Part shown: positions 51,203-63,113 of the stretch, piece by piece
How the letters are laid out: every line of letters starts with the position of its first letter
Numbering within the stretch: position 1 is the first letter of the stretch
Assembly (NCBI GenBank): GCA_963786955.1
Contig: CAWBAT010000006.1
Coordinates: forward strand, 288,001 to 352,000
From: an uncultured Acidimicrobiia bacterium
GTDB lineage: Bacteria > Acidobacteriota > Terriglobia > Versatilivoradales > Versatilivoraceae
Reading direction: 5' to 3'
DNA length: 64,000 nt
Notes under the pieces: model-generated
Told to the model about the DNA's origin: nothing
The model's input: only the letters and a program-made list of their open reading frames with translations
Databases searched by the model: none
Made by a program: the position numbers and the translations under genes

Positions 51203-53137
51203 TCATTGAATAGAGTCTAGGAAACGCCCCAGCGCGAGCAATGGAAAATACGTTGCATACAAATGATAACGCAGATAGAAGACCTTGGGAAATCCCGTTC
51301 CTGTCCAATAATTGTCTTGCCAGGATCCATCGCTGCGTTGGGTCCGGATTAGATAATCGATTCCTCGTCGAACACTCGCGCTCTGAAAATCGCCCAACGT
51401 CATCAAGGCTAAAAGAGCCCAGGCAGTCTGCGAAGGTGTGGTTGGCCCCTGACCTTTGAGACTCGGGTCTTCGTAGCTGCGAGGCAATTCCCCCCACCCA
51501 CCATCAAAATTCTGAACAGATCGCAACCAGCGAGCAGCTGCTTGCCAGCGTTCTTTCGTCATGTCTTCCCCAATGCAGCGTAACCCCCAAAGGGCCAACC
51601 AGGTTCCGTAAATGTAGTTACATCCCCAACGTCCATACCATGTTCCGTCATGTTCTTGAAGATTACACAAAAACTTTTGGCTTTCACGAGCCCGGGATGG
51701 TCTTTCTTAAAGCCAACCTCTGCCAGAGTTTCCAGCCCTCTGGCGGTAATGTCACCCGTGCTTGGGTCAATCATGGCATTGTGATCCGCGAAAGGAATCT
51801 TCGTTAGGAATTCCTTGTTACATCCCTTGTCAAATGAACCCCACCCACCATCTTTGTTTTGCATTGTGAGGGCCCATTTCAGTGCCCGCTGCATGGCTTC
51901 GCGCTTTTCTCTCTCTTTTGACTCTTGGCTGAATTGCACCTTGGAAAGAGCCGTGATCACCTGAAACGTGTCATCGACATCAGGGTAAAATTCGTTGGCA
52001 TACTCGAAGTACCATCCTCCTGGCTCACCCTCGGGATTCTTTATTTTCCAGTCGCCAATACTCTTTTACTTCCTTCCTGAGTAACCAATCGCTTGCTTTC
52101 TGTAATGCCTCGTGCTCGGCCGAAATTCCTGATTCCGCCAGGGCAACGATGGCAATGGCTGTATCCCAAACCGGTGAAAAACAAGGCGCCACACGCAGCG
52201 TATCCCTCTCTTCGATCTCGAGCCGTTCCAGTGCCCGGATTTGGGACTGCAATTGCGGATGATCACATTCGTATCCCAAGACAGCGCAGCGCAATAATGG
52301 AGTTGATGATCGGCGGGAATATGGCCCCAACCCCGTCACTTTTTTGAAAATGTTCTTAGCAACCACATTTCACAGGCTTTTAATGCTTTCCGCCGGAACG
52401 GTAGAAAATGATGGCGCTCTAAAAACTTGGAGAGAACATCCGCGGATTTGAAGAACATCGGCCAAAACCCTCGTTGTGTTTGTCGGGACAACCACAGAAT
52501 CTACCCGGATGTCGTCGAGGTTGGCGTGTGCAGGTACGGAGCAGAATGGCTTAAATGCCCAGATGATTGATAGCGGGACGATGATGCATCGCGACCAGGA
52601 TGACAATGCATAGAGATTAATCGGGCACCAAGAGGGAAACAGGATAACCTCAGGAGGGACAGCAGGGCAGTCTTCCCAGGGAACCTGCCCGAACATGGCA
52701 AGATAAATCCGGGTAAAACTATTGGTGGCCGCCACGCCGCCAAGATCGCGAGATGACCTGGCGTGATTTTGCCATATAAGGAGCGTGCAAATCATGCCCG
52801 AGCAATTTGAGCACGAAATACGCCTTCGTTGAAACGCTGACATCCGGAGGACCTCCGGGATAGGCTGGCCACCCCCCTTCGGGCAGAACTTTTCCACCAG
52901 ATAATTTCCGGCTTTCCCGACTCGGGCTCTCCTGACCTCCCGATAAAGTGCATGGTCAGGATATATTCTGATTCCAGAATCGTATCCCCTTCTAGTTCCC
53001 CGCGCCAATGCCCGTCCTCGTGTTGAACCCCCAAAAGATAATTCTGTGTTTTTGCAATGGCGCGTTCTAAGGAAACTCCATTCCCATTTCCCTGAGAGAA
53101 CTTCCCTTACAACCGGTTGGGGGATAACTGATTTCAT
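51203..53137 (-). CDS. shc: Squalene-hopene cyclase (multiple frameshifts)
   Basis: QW repeats, SPVWDT, YPDVDDT near 51970, PFADH, WYGRWG.NYIYGT, TGTGFP.VFYLRY. Confidence 0.95.
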
Positions 53138-53438
53138 TTCGGTAGGCTATAGAGTGCTTAAAGCGAGATATTAAAGGAGTAAGAAATCTGAATACAAAAT
53201 CTTAGGACGCTAACCAATCCCACCAGCCAACGACGAACGAATTCTAACTGGATGATTCTATAAAGCCAAGAATTTTCTGGGCTTGTAACTCTATTGTGCG
53301 AAATGCCAGCAGGTCTGAAGCATTCGGCTCATTGCCTCCTCACAGCTATTCTTCCTTTTTCATGTTCTTTTCTATATTCTTAGACTCGTTTGCGCCATTG
53401 TTCCGGTAGCGATTGGTTCACATTCAACATCCATATTC

Positions 53439-54325
53439 ATGAGAAGTCTGATAATCAATGCCGATGACTTCGGGCTGACCGAAAGGATAAATGATGCAAT
53501 CATTGAGGGTCACCGAAAAGGAATCGTCACGAGTACGACATTGATGGCAAATGGCCCGGCGTTTGACAACGCTGCGGAACGGGCAAAAACGGAGCAGAAA
53601 CTAGGAATTGGGATCCATCTGAACCTGTCAGAAGGGACGCCTATGACCGACCCATCCCAGTTAAGCTGTCTGATCAATGAAACAGGGCGGTTTTATCTTT
53701 CGCCCGTTCAAATGCTGCGAAAATTGATGGTTTCGAGGCATGAGTCTCGGTAAAGTGGAGATGGAGCTGCGTGCCCAGATCGAGAAAGTTCTCAATGCGG
53801 GAATTGAAGTAACCCATCTGGATGGACACAAACACTTCCACTTTATTCCTCAATTTCTCCACATAGCCTCCGCCTCGCCCAGGAATACAAGATCCCGGCA
53901 ATTCGCTGTGCGAGAGAGGGGACCACTCGTTTATTGCGTCTTGCCGGCAGAAACTGGCGTTCTTCACCAACCGATCTGAAACAATATTTCACCGGAAAAG
54001 CCCTTTCTATCCTCGCGAAGACAATGAAAGCGCGAATCGAATCTGCCGGATTGAAAGCCCCCGACTACCTCCTAGGAATTGCTTCGACCGGGTTCCTGGG
54101 ATTCCCACTACTTGATAAACTTGATTGCTCGATTGCCTGACGGAACAAGTGAATTGGTATGCCATCCTGGTTATGTGGACAAGCAATTAATGGATATCTC
54201 CCACTCGTTTGCTTCAACAACGCGAAACGGAAATTACCGCGTTGGTTTCCCCCGAGGTGAAAGAATGGCTTAATCGGCGCGGGGTACAACTCGTTAATTA
54301 CAGGAATCTATGCGGAGGGGCATAA
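53439..54325 (+). CDS. YdjC/ChbG/HpnK family deacetylase (frameshifted)
   Basis: [31 protein letters not shown]. Confidence 0.88.
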
Positions 54326-55359
54326 ATAAACATGAAAACGTTGGCGAACCTTTCAAATATTCAATTGTTGTCCCTTTTTACAATGAATGTGACAACATCC
54401 GCCCCCTATACGACAAGCTCGTAAAGGTGATGGACCAAGTCGGGAGCTCCTTTGAATTGGTTTTTGTGGATGATGGGAGCAGCGACACCAGCTTCAGGAC
54501 TCTCCAGGAGATTTTTGATCACGACCCGCGTGTGAATCTCCTGCGCCTGCGAAGAAACTTCGGACAGACCGCCGCTTTGAAGGCCGGATTCGATTTTGCC
54601 TCTGGGGAAATCATCATCTCGATGGATGGCGATCTTCAACATGACCCGGAAGAGATTCCACAATTCATCTCGAAAATTGATGAGGGGTATGATGTCGTCA
54701 GCGGTTGGCGATTCGAGAGGACTGACAACTGGCTTACACGTCAGCTACCAAGCCGGATTGCCAATTGGCTGATGTCGAAGATTGCTCGTGTGGAAATTCA
54801 CGACTTCGGCACAACCTTTAAAGCTTACCGCCACGAAATCATCAAGAACATTCAACTTTATGGCGAACTGCATCGGTTCATTCCCGCTCTTGCCAGCGGT
54901 TTGGGTGCCAACGATCGTTGAGATCCCAATCAGAAACAGCCCTCGACTGAAAGGAAAGTCAAAGTATGGCCTCTCCCGTACTTTCGGAGTGTTACTGGAT
55001 CTCATCAGCATTAAGTTCTTCCTTGATTATTCCACGCGGCCTCTTCAGTTTTTTGGGCGGTTGGGTTTAATCACGACAGGCTTGGGCGCAGGTCTCGGAT
55101 TTTTTCTTTTTTCAAGAAAGTGGTTCTCGGTCAGGCCATCATGCTCCAGCATGGACCCTTGATTTTCCTCTCAATGCTTTTATTGTTGGGAGGGGTTCAG
55201 TTTCTGACCATTGGTTTGGTCGGCGAGATGCTTTCGCGAACTTATTACGAATCGCAAAACAAGCCCATTTACAATGTGTCCGAAGTCAAGAGCTGGCGCC
55301 AAGCAAGAGAGGGAGGACAAATTTCCAATGGGGGAGCCACACAAAGTCCGCTGAGATGA
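54310..55359 (+). CDS. GT2 polyprenyl-phosphate glycosyltransferase, ArnC-like (frameshifted)
   Basis: VPFYNE, VDDGSSD, RNFGQTAA, MDGDLQHDP, ELHRFIP, two C-terminal TMs. Confidence 0.9.
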
Positions 55360-56287
55360 ACAGACCACTGAGAAATGTGGCACTCCTCTGCGGATTTGCA
55401 AGTGCTATCGGTCCTTCATCAAGAAGCTCTTCGCTTGAAGATGCAGAGTCTTACTGCAGAAAATTGGCCGGATCCCACTATGAAAACTTCCTTGTCGCCT
55501 CAGTCTTTTTGCCATGCTCATCTGAGACAACATTATTACAACATCTATGCTTACTGCCGCATCAGTGACGATCTTGGCGACGAGACAAGCAGTCCGACCC
55601 TATCTTTAGAACTCTTAAACCGTTGGGAGGAAGGACTTCAGTCCTGCTTTGATGGGCATCCTCACCACCCGGTATTTATCGCACTGAGAGAAACTAGTGG
55701 AACAATTTCAGATACCCATGACTCCTTTTCAAATCTTCTCGAGGCCTTTAAAAGGGACCAAATAAAAAACCGTTATGCCACTTATGACGAATTGCTCGAC
55801 TATTGCCGATATTCTGCCAATCCTGTTGGCCATCTCGTACTTTATCTCATTGGCTATCGGGACGCAGAACGACGCGAACTCTCCGATAAGACCTGTACGG
55901 CACTTCAACTTGCAAATCATTGGCAAGATATTGGAAGGGACCTGGTTCGTCTCAACAGGATCTACATTCCTTTGGAGGATATGCATCCATTTTGGATACA
56001 CTGAAGCAGATTTGGTGGCCCAGACTTGCAATGATCGTTTCGTTGAGCTCATGCGCTTGGAAATTGGCCGAGCCAGATCCCTGTTCCAGGAAGGGCAGAA
56101 ATTGCGTGATTGGGTTAGGCCTTCTCATGCCATGGATATTGAGTTGTTCAGCCGCTGTGGTTTGGAAATCCTGCGTCAAATTGAGTTAGCCCATTACGAC
56201 GTCTTTCGTCACCGTCCAACACTTACGAAATGGAACAGCCTTAGAATACTGACCCAAAGTTGGTGGTCCCATCAGATGAGGAAATAG
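55356..56287 (+). CDS. hpnC: Squalene synthase HpnC (frameshifted)
   Basis: HYENF.VAS, IYAYCRISDDLGDE, YCRYSANPVG, LQLANHWQD. Confidence 0.9.
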
Positions 56288-57162
56288 ACCTCGTGAGCCC
56301 TGTGGAGTCGACTAGCGAAACCCACGATTTAAAAGACTGTTACGCCCAATGCCAACACATCGCACGGGCGAGCAACTTCTACAATGGGCTTCGATTGCTG
56401 CCCTCGAAGAAACGTCTCGCGCTGGCGGCAGTCTATGCGTTCATGCGCCAGTGTGACGATATCAGCGACAATGACGGCAATCTCGATGACAAGCGAGAAC
56501 ACTTTTTGCAGACTCGCGAGGCGCTCGATAATGCGCTGAACCTCGGTCAGACAAACAGTTCTATTCTGTGGGCGCTTCGCGACACCATCCATAACTATAA
56601 GATCCCTCACGAGTATTTTCACAGGGTGATTGACGGCACAGAGATGGATCTGGTTACTTCAAACTACCAGACCTTTGAAGATCTTTACCAATATTGCTAC
56701 TTGGTCGCTTCAGTTGTGGGTCTGATCTGCATCGAGATCTTCGGCTACCAGGATGTCCAAGCCAAAAAGCATGCCATTGCCTGCGGGATTGCCTTTCAGC
56801 TGACCAACATTTTAAGAGATCTTAGCGAAGATCTGGAAAGAGACAGAGTCTATCTTCCCCTTGAGGACCTCTCTCGTTTCAATTATGCCAAAACCGACAT
56901 CCGGAACGGGATCATGGATAAGCGCTTTCAGTCCCTCATGGCTTTTGAAGTCCAGCGAACAAAGAAATTTTATGACGAGGCCAACCCCTTGGTTGGATTG
57001 CTGGATCGTGACAGCCGGCCTGCTTTTTCGGCGATGTTGGAAAGCTACAAGACAATCCTGCGAAACATCGAAAATCGCGGGTACGATGTTTTCACGGAAC
57101 GAGTAAGGCTGCAGTCGAAAGACAAGTGGCGTATCGCTCTGAAGTCTTTAGCCCATTGGTGA
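56260..57162 (+). CDS. hpnD: Presqualene diphosphate synthase HpnD
   Basis: YAFMRQCDDISD, VASVVG, FQLTNILRD, RVYLP. Confidence 0.9.
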   Translation: MVVPSDEEIDLVSPVESTSETHDLKDCYAQCQHIARASNFYNGLRLLPSKKRLALAAVYAFMRQCDDISDNDGNLDDKREHFLQTREALDNALNLGQTNSSILWALRDTIHNYKIPHEYFHRVIDGTEMDLVTSNYQTFEDLYQYCYLVASVVGLICIEIFGYQDVQAKKHAIACGIAFQLTNILRDLSEDLERDRVYLPLEDLSRFNYAKTDIRNGIMDKRFQSLMAFEVQRTKKFYDEANPLVGLLDRDSRPAFSAMLESYKTILRNIENRGYDVFTERVRLQSKDKWRIALKSLAHW

Positions 57163-57169
57163 CCGCTCA

Positions 57170-58695
57170 ATGCCACGAAAGAAAGAGGTGATTATCCTGG
57201 GAGGCGGTCTGGCCGGGTTGGCAGCAGCGGTGGTCCTTGCAGATGAGGGATTCCAGGTTACGGTAGTTGAACGCCGACCTTTCCTTGGAGGAAGAGCCTC
57301 CTCCTACCCTGTTCCCAATTCACAGCGACTGAATTCACAACCAACTCGCAAATCAGGAAATTCGATTCCGGATCAAAGCGATGAAGCTGACTGAAAATTC
57401 ATCCGGTCTCGGCGCAAGAAACCACTAACGATGCCTATATTGATAACTGCCAGCATATCCTGATGAAGTGTTGCACGAACTTGCTGGATTTTTATCGCCG
57501 TCTGTCGGTTGACCATCTGATTACTTTTTTTGATCGGTTTACGTTCCTGGACCAGCATGGACGGTTAGCAATCCTCAAAGGGGCGAATCTGCCTGCCCCC
57601 TTCCATCTCATTCCCATCCTTTCTGCAATTCCATCCTCTCCGTTGGAGCGATAAGCTGGCCGTCGCCTACGGTTTGTGGTGCATGATGCGCGAACGAGAC
57701 CAACTGCAAGAACTGGATCGGACCACAATGTTGGACTGGCTCCGGAAACATCGACAGTCACGGGGGGCAATTGATGTCTTCTGGCGCCCCGTTCTTGTTA
57801 GTGCCTTAAATGAGCAAATTGAACTGGCTTCCGCCCGTTACGGTGTAAAAGTATTTCTCGACGGGTTCTTGAATCATCCGAAATCCTTTCATATGGGCGT
57901 ACCCAAGGTTCCTCTCGGTAAGCTTTATACGGAGCCGTGCCTGGAGTATTTGGAAGGCTAGGGGGGGACAAGTTCATTTACGCCGATCGGCCGCTGGGAT
58001 AGAAACGAATAATTCTAGGGTGGGCGGCATCCTCCTGAGCGATGGAACCCGGATCGTGGGGGACTATTACTTGAGTAGTGTGCCTCCTGAGGTCCTTCTA
58101 AAGTGATTCCCGGCATCACTCGTCGAAAATTCCAGCTACTTCAACAATCTCAAACAATTCCAATCCTCTCCGATCACTTCCATTTACCTATGGTTTAACA
58201 AGCCGGTCACCGACCTCGAAAACTGTGCAATCCTGGGGCACGAAATCCAATGGCTATTTAGAAGAAATGACGAACGGAGAGGAGTGGACCAAAAAAATCA
58301 TGAATATCTGGCTTTGGTGGTGAGTGCCTCCCGGAGACTCGTTCCTCTTGCTGGCTAAAGATATTATCCGCCTCGCACTGGATGATTTGCGAGCCATTTT
58401 ACCCCGTAGCGATCAAGCCAAATTACTGCACAGTGTGGTGCTCAAAGAGCCCTTTGCAACTTTTTCTTGTCGGGCAGGATGCGACGAGTATCGACTTGAA
58501 CAAAAGACTCCACTTGAAAATTTCTTTGTGGCCGGCGACTGGACCAAAACCGATTGGCCGCCAACCATGGAAGGCGCAGTACGAAGCAGTTATCGTTGTG
58601 CGGAATTGATCTTGGAAGCAGAGGGAAGATCCAGGAAGTTAACACAACCGGACTTGCCGACCAGAGGCCTACTCCGCTGGATGCCACTCATTTAG
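57170..58695 (+). CDS. hpnE: Hydroxysqualene dehydroxylase HpnE (multiple frameshifts)
   Basis: GGGLAGL, LGGRASS, IDNCQH, SALNE, AGDWT.T.WP.TMEGAVRS. Confidence 0.88.
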
Positions 58696-58798
58696 TGAGT
58701 ATCCAAGGCCCCATTTCGTGGAACAATGGGTGTCTTCACAATAACACCGTCCGCCGCTGAGCTTGACGGGTGCGCCTTTCCTTGAAGTTGAAACATTT

Positions 58799-58852
58799 GT
58801 GCAGGCCAGAGGCCCGCACCACAATCTTGTGGTGCAGGCGTCCCGCCTGCAT
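58799..58852. repeat. REP-like hairpins (GTGCAGGCGTCCCGCCTGCA type)
   Basis: Palindromes between convergent hpnE and ispH. Confidence 0.5.
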
Positions 58853-58921
58853 ACCGGACAAGAGAGGACCCATGGCCTGTTCAATGGCCGAAGGCACAAA
58901 TTCGCACCGCTCGATCCTCGA

Positions 58922-59858
58922 TCAACTGGAGAGTCGCACCAATTCCGGCGGCAAAGCAAAATGGACATGCTCGTCTTCGGGCTCAATCCCTTCGACTATC
59001 GTAGCACCTAAAGAATTCAGATACTCAATCACACTGAACACAAAAGCTTCAGGCGCCGAAGCACCGGCTGTGACTCCCACAACTTCGGCACTTTCGAGCC
59101 ATTCCGGCCTAATTTCATTCTCATCATTGATGAGATAGGCAGGGACTTCCGTCGCAAGAGAAACCTCACGCAATCGTTTGGAGTTGGAGCTGTTTTGTGA
59201 ACCGATCACCAGGAGCACATCGATTTTGTCTGCAATCTCTTTTACGGCATTTTGCCGATTTTGCGTGGCGTAACAGATGTCATCTTTGGGCGGGGAATGC
59301 ATCTTAGGGATATTTTCGGCGCAACGCTTCAACAATCTCGGCCGTATCATCCAGACTTAGGGTGGTCTGAGTCAGATAAATGACCTTATCCGGATTGGGA
59401 ACCTCAAGGTTTTCCACATCGGCAACGGACCCTACTAATTGCATGGGAGCTTCGCCCATTGTTCCCTCAACTTCTTCATGATCTGGATGTCCAATCAGTA
59501 CCAACGAATATCCTTCCCGGGTAAAGCGAATGGCCTCGAGGTGGACTTTGGTGACAAGAGGACAGGTGGCATCGATTACCCGTAATCGGCGGGACGTTGC
59601 CAAATCACGAACCTGCGGCGAAACTCCGTGCGCACTAAACACGCAAACAGCCCCTTCCGGCACTGCATCAAGGCCATTCACAAATATGACTTCTCTTTTG
59701 CTCAGGTCTTCAACAACATGTTTGTTATGCACAATTTCATGAAAAACATAAATAGGTGGGGCAAATAGCTCCAAAGCTCGCTCAACAATTTCAACAGCTC
59801 GCACCACACCTGCGCAAAATCCTCTGGGATTCGCCAACATCACCTTCTTTATGGCCAT
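58922..59858 (-). CDS. ispH: 4-hydroxy-3-methylbut-2-enyl diphosphate reductase (one frameshift)
   Basis: [42 protein letters not shown]. Confidence 0.95.
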
Positions 59859-60040
59859 TGACTCTCCTTATCTGAGAAACATGAAACTTCCGGTCAATGG
59901 TTTACACAAGCATGAATCATTACCGGGAATTCTTCTCTGGAGCCGACTTCCTGCTGTCTTTGAACCTCAGCTCGCTTAAACTTAACACGCCGAAGCCAGG
60001 CAGGCAAATCTGAATCCACGCAAGTTTTCGGATTGCCCTC

Positions 60041-61232
60041 TCAAGGGATTTTTCCGCGATTCCATTTTGCACTATAGCGGTTCTTCCCAGAAGAAGTGAT
60101 GACCCCGCCCTGTTGAAGCTCGAACACTTCTCCACGCCACTCTACCTTGTGGCCAAACATACTGATCAGCCAGAGCAAAAACCCAAGTAGGTCTCTCAGC
60201 GGGAAAAGCCAAAAATGTGTTCTCACAATCGGGTCCTTCAACCAAAGCCCGCCAATAACCAGTCCAGCAAACAAGCGAAGAACCAAGGCCCCCCCAGCAA
60301 AACCAGGCTGGAGGCCGAGAAACCCAGGATACGCTGTACCCTAAGGAGAGAACCGTCCCATACGTAAAGATCAAGCCGAGGTATCCCCATGGACGGCAGG
60401 CTCTGATTCCGCGTGCAAGTCGGACCTGATGCTTGAGCATGACTGAGAATGAAATAGCCGGTTGAAGAGTCTCGACGACATAGGACGCAAGATAAATTTC
60501 GTATCCTGCTTTGGCCAAGAGATGCCCCAACATGTAGTCATCCGCCAGATGGTTGGCAATCGCCTGAAACCCTCCAATCATCTGTAACCGAGTTCGGGTA
60601 GTCGCCATGGTCGCTCCGAGCGCAAACCGGACTCCTTCAATCAAGCGACTCACGAGCACTCCCGGCATCAATTCGGCTGAAATTCCCAGAGCTTCGAGGC
60701 GGGAGACCAAGTTTGGAGTTCTCGAAGAACGATAGAGGCATGTTACTAATCCGACGTGTGGGTCTGCGAGTGGAGAAACGATAGTACGCAAATAATCTTT
60801 CGCAACCCGAATATCACTGTCGAGGATGACCAGGTGTTCATGTTTCGCCTGGGCCAGCATGTTCTCTAAATTACTGACTTTCAAATTGCTCCCAATGACT
60901 TCTTTAGAAATGACGAGCTGAATGTCACGCTCCGGGAATCGAGCTTCCAACTGCCTGATCACCGGAATGACCGGGTCATCGAAATCACGCACGCCAAAAA
61001 CAATCTGATAATCTTGGTAATCTTGACTGCAAAGCGAGCAAAAACTCTCAAAGGCTTCAACGTCCTCCCCACAGAGAGGAACCATCAGAGTTAACGGAGG
61101 GAGGAGCGTGCTCTTTTCTTCTAGATGCGTAAGGAAAAAAGCACCCGCCGCAATGAGAGAGAGCAGGTAATACACCAGGCCCATCACAGACGCAATCAGC
61201 AAAGTGTATTGGATGATCGACAGGATGAGCAT
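60041..61232 (-). CDS. hpnI: Second HpnI-type glycosyltransferase (late frameshift)
   Basis: PLCG, QDY, GSNLKVSNL, ILDSD, ADDYMLG, HQVR. Confidence 0.85.
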
Positions 61233-61234
61233 GC

Positions 61235-61603
61235 TCAGGGAAAAGAGATCAGGGCTACGCCGAGGCAGACGAATGCCGTTCCAACCCACCGAAGCGAACT
61301 GATTGTTTCTTTTAAGTAAAACTTCGCGCCAAGCGTAGTGATCACATAACTAATCGAGGTGGCTGGCACCACGAGACTCACATCGGCCCAGGAAAGCACG
61401 ATCATAAAGGCAATGAAGCTTGCAGTCATAAAGAACGCCCCCGCAACAAAACGGATGTTCGAAATCAGTTTCTTCCCATATGAAATGAGATCCCTTGGTT
61501 TCCAACTCGTGATCTCTCCCAGGTGACGCAGGCCGCTGGCTATGAGCACGTCACCCAATGAGGTGGTAACCACTATAATCATGATTAACATTGCGGTACT
61601 CAA
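61235..61603 (-). CDS. Small EamA/SMR-like membrane protein
   Basis: Four TMs; LSWADVSLVVP, LKETIS..RW.G. Confidence 0.8.
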   Translation of the reverse strand: MSTAMLIMIIVVTTSLGDVLIASGLRHLGEITSWKPRDLISYGKKLISNIRFVAGAFFMTASFIAFMIVLSWADVSLVVPATSISYVITTLGAKFYLKETISSLRWVGTAFVCLGVALISFP

Positions 61604-62034
61604 TGTGAAGATCCCTCCCCTGTTAGCTTGTCACGGTCCCATCCTCCCCCTGAACGTGAACCGGTCATCGAGACCATAATGACCCCGGCAAAAATCACGG
61701 CTGTCCCACACCATCGGGCCATAGACACAGACTCCAACAAGAAATAATGTGCCAGAGCCACATTGAGAACATATCCAAAGGATGACGCAGGAAGGACAAA
61801 ACTCAAGTCCGCCCACGACAGCAGAGCCGTGAACAGACAGAAAAAAACAATCAATAACAAGGCCCCGGCCCATACATACGGGCTTCCGACAACTCGAGAA
61901 GCAATCCAAAGCAAGGAAGAGGTCTCGGGTAGAGAACCCAAAAAAATTTGTTTCATCCCCTTACTCAGCAAGATATTCCCTGCAACTTGCGCGAGCATGG
62001 ACAAAATCAAAACCAGAGGTGTTCTTATTTGCAC
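61600..62034 (-). CDS. Small EamA/SMR-like membrane protein
   Basis: GNILLSKGM, LSWADLSFVLP, LLESVS.ARW.G; GTG start at 62034. Confidence 0.75.
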   Translation of the reverse strand: MQIRTPLVLILSMLAQVAGNILLSKGMKQIFLGSLPETSSLLWIASRVVGSPYVWAGALLLIVFFCLFTALLSWADLSFVLPASSFGYVLNVALAHYFLLESVSMARWCGTAVIFAGVIMVSMTGSRSGGGWDRDKLTGEGSSH

Positions 62035-62922
62035 GAATCCAATCCGAAGTAGTTGATCAATTGAATGCTGGACGAATCTGAGAAACTCGATGACTTTAGG
62101 GTCCATGAGGGCCTTGTATTCTGCGAGGTGACTTTGTTCCGACAATGAAAGCGACGTTGTCTTGTAGAGCGCCGGGTGACAATGGATTTCATTGCTTGCT
62201 GCTCTAAGCTGACGCAGCAGGTAAAGGAGGTATTCGGTATTCATATTGCCAGTTTGAAGAGTCCCGTAAACCTTCTCGACAAAAGAAAACTGTTTTACCC
62301 TAAGATTCTTTTTCATCGCGCGGGCTAACCAATAGAAGACAAACCAGTAAATCGTCTTCCGAAGAACCTGTTCGGGCTTAAAGCGTAAAGCCCATCCCAG
62401 CTCTTCTTCTGGCACACGCATCCGCCTGACCCCATGGTGCTCCCCCAACTTCAGCGCGGCACTGAAAACAACCGGATGTGTGTGCATATGGAGGTGACCA
62501 TCAATATGGGAAAATGGCAATCCTGTTGATTCAAACTTTTCAAATTGGGCCGCTATTTCTCTTTGCAATTCCTCTTGTGCCTGCCTTGAACAATAATACT
62601 TAAATCCAGCGGCAAGTGGATCATTTCGAAATTCTCCCTTTTCATTGACAAGGGTCGGAATTTCACTTTGGGGGAGAACGGAACGTCCCATGACGACGAC
62701 CAAATGCAGCCCAACTGCCAATTGAGGGTTCTGGATCGCCAACTGAACCGCATTTTCAAAAGCTTTGCCCGTAACCATTAAGCTGCAACTAGTAAGCACA
62801 CCTTTCCGATGCGCTTGGATGACTGCTTCATTCACTTCCTCGGACTCTCCAAAATCATCTGCGTTTATGATGAGCCGAATCGGTTTCAAGTTGAGAGACC
62901 CCGCCTGGAACATATTCTTCAA
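62025..62922 (-). CDS. hpnK: Hopanoid biosynthesis-associated deacetylase HpnK
   Basis: INADDFG, GLHLV, HIDGHLHMHTHP, EIHCHP; corrected end IQLINYFGLDSCK*. Confidence 0.85.
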
Positions 62923-63113
62923 TCTGAAAACTCCGGCGCGATTGTACCAGAGACGTAGCCATCAGAGAAAGGAAACTGAAAAACACAACTTGCGGCCATT
63001 CCAGAGAATTAACGTCAAAACAATCTCAGCTGAGTGGTCTCGCATTTTCTCTTTGAGCTCTATATAATTCACTTTTCCGGAAACCGAAATCACTATTGAT
63101 CCAGGAGGCTCCC

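Noticed and set aside
58669-58986. Cys-rich minus-strand ORF between hpnE and ispH
   Set aside because: Overlaps ispH and REP hairpins; no RBS or recognisable domain
48484-59858. Pseudogenisation of the hopanoid pathway
   Set aside because: Breaks are indels with catalytic motifs preserved, and the same pattern affects genes throughout the window
61600-62922. Apparent HpnK-EamA fusion (440-aa ORF)
   Set aside because: An alternative frame gives a normal HpnK end (IQLINY...*) at 62025 overlapping a GTG start at 62034; most likely an indel artefact
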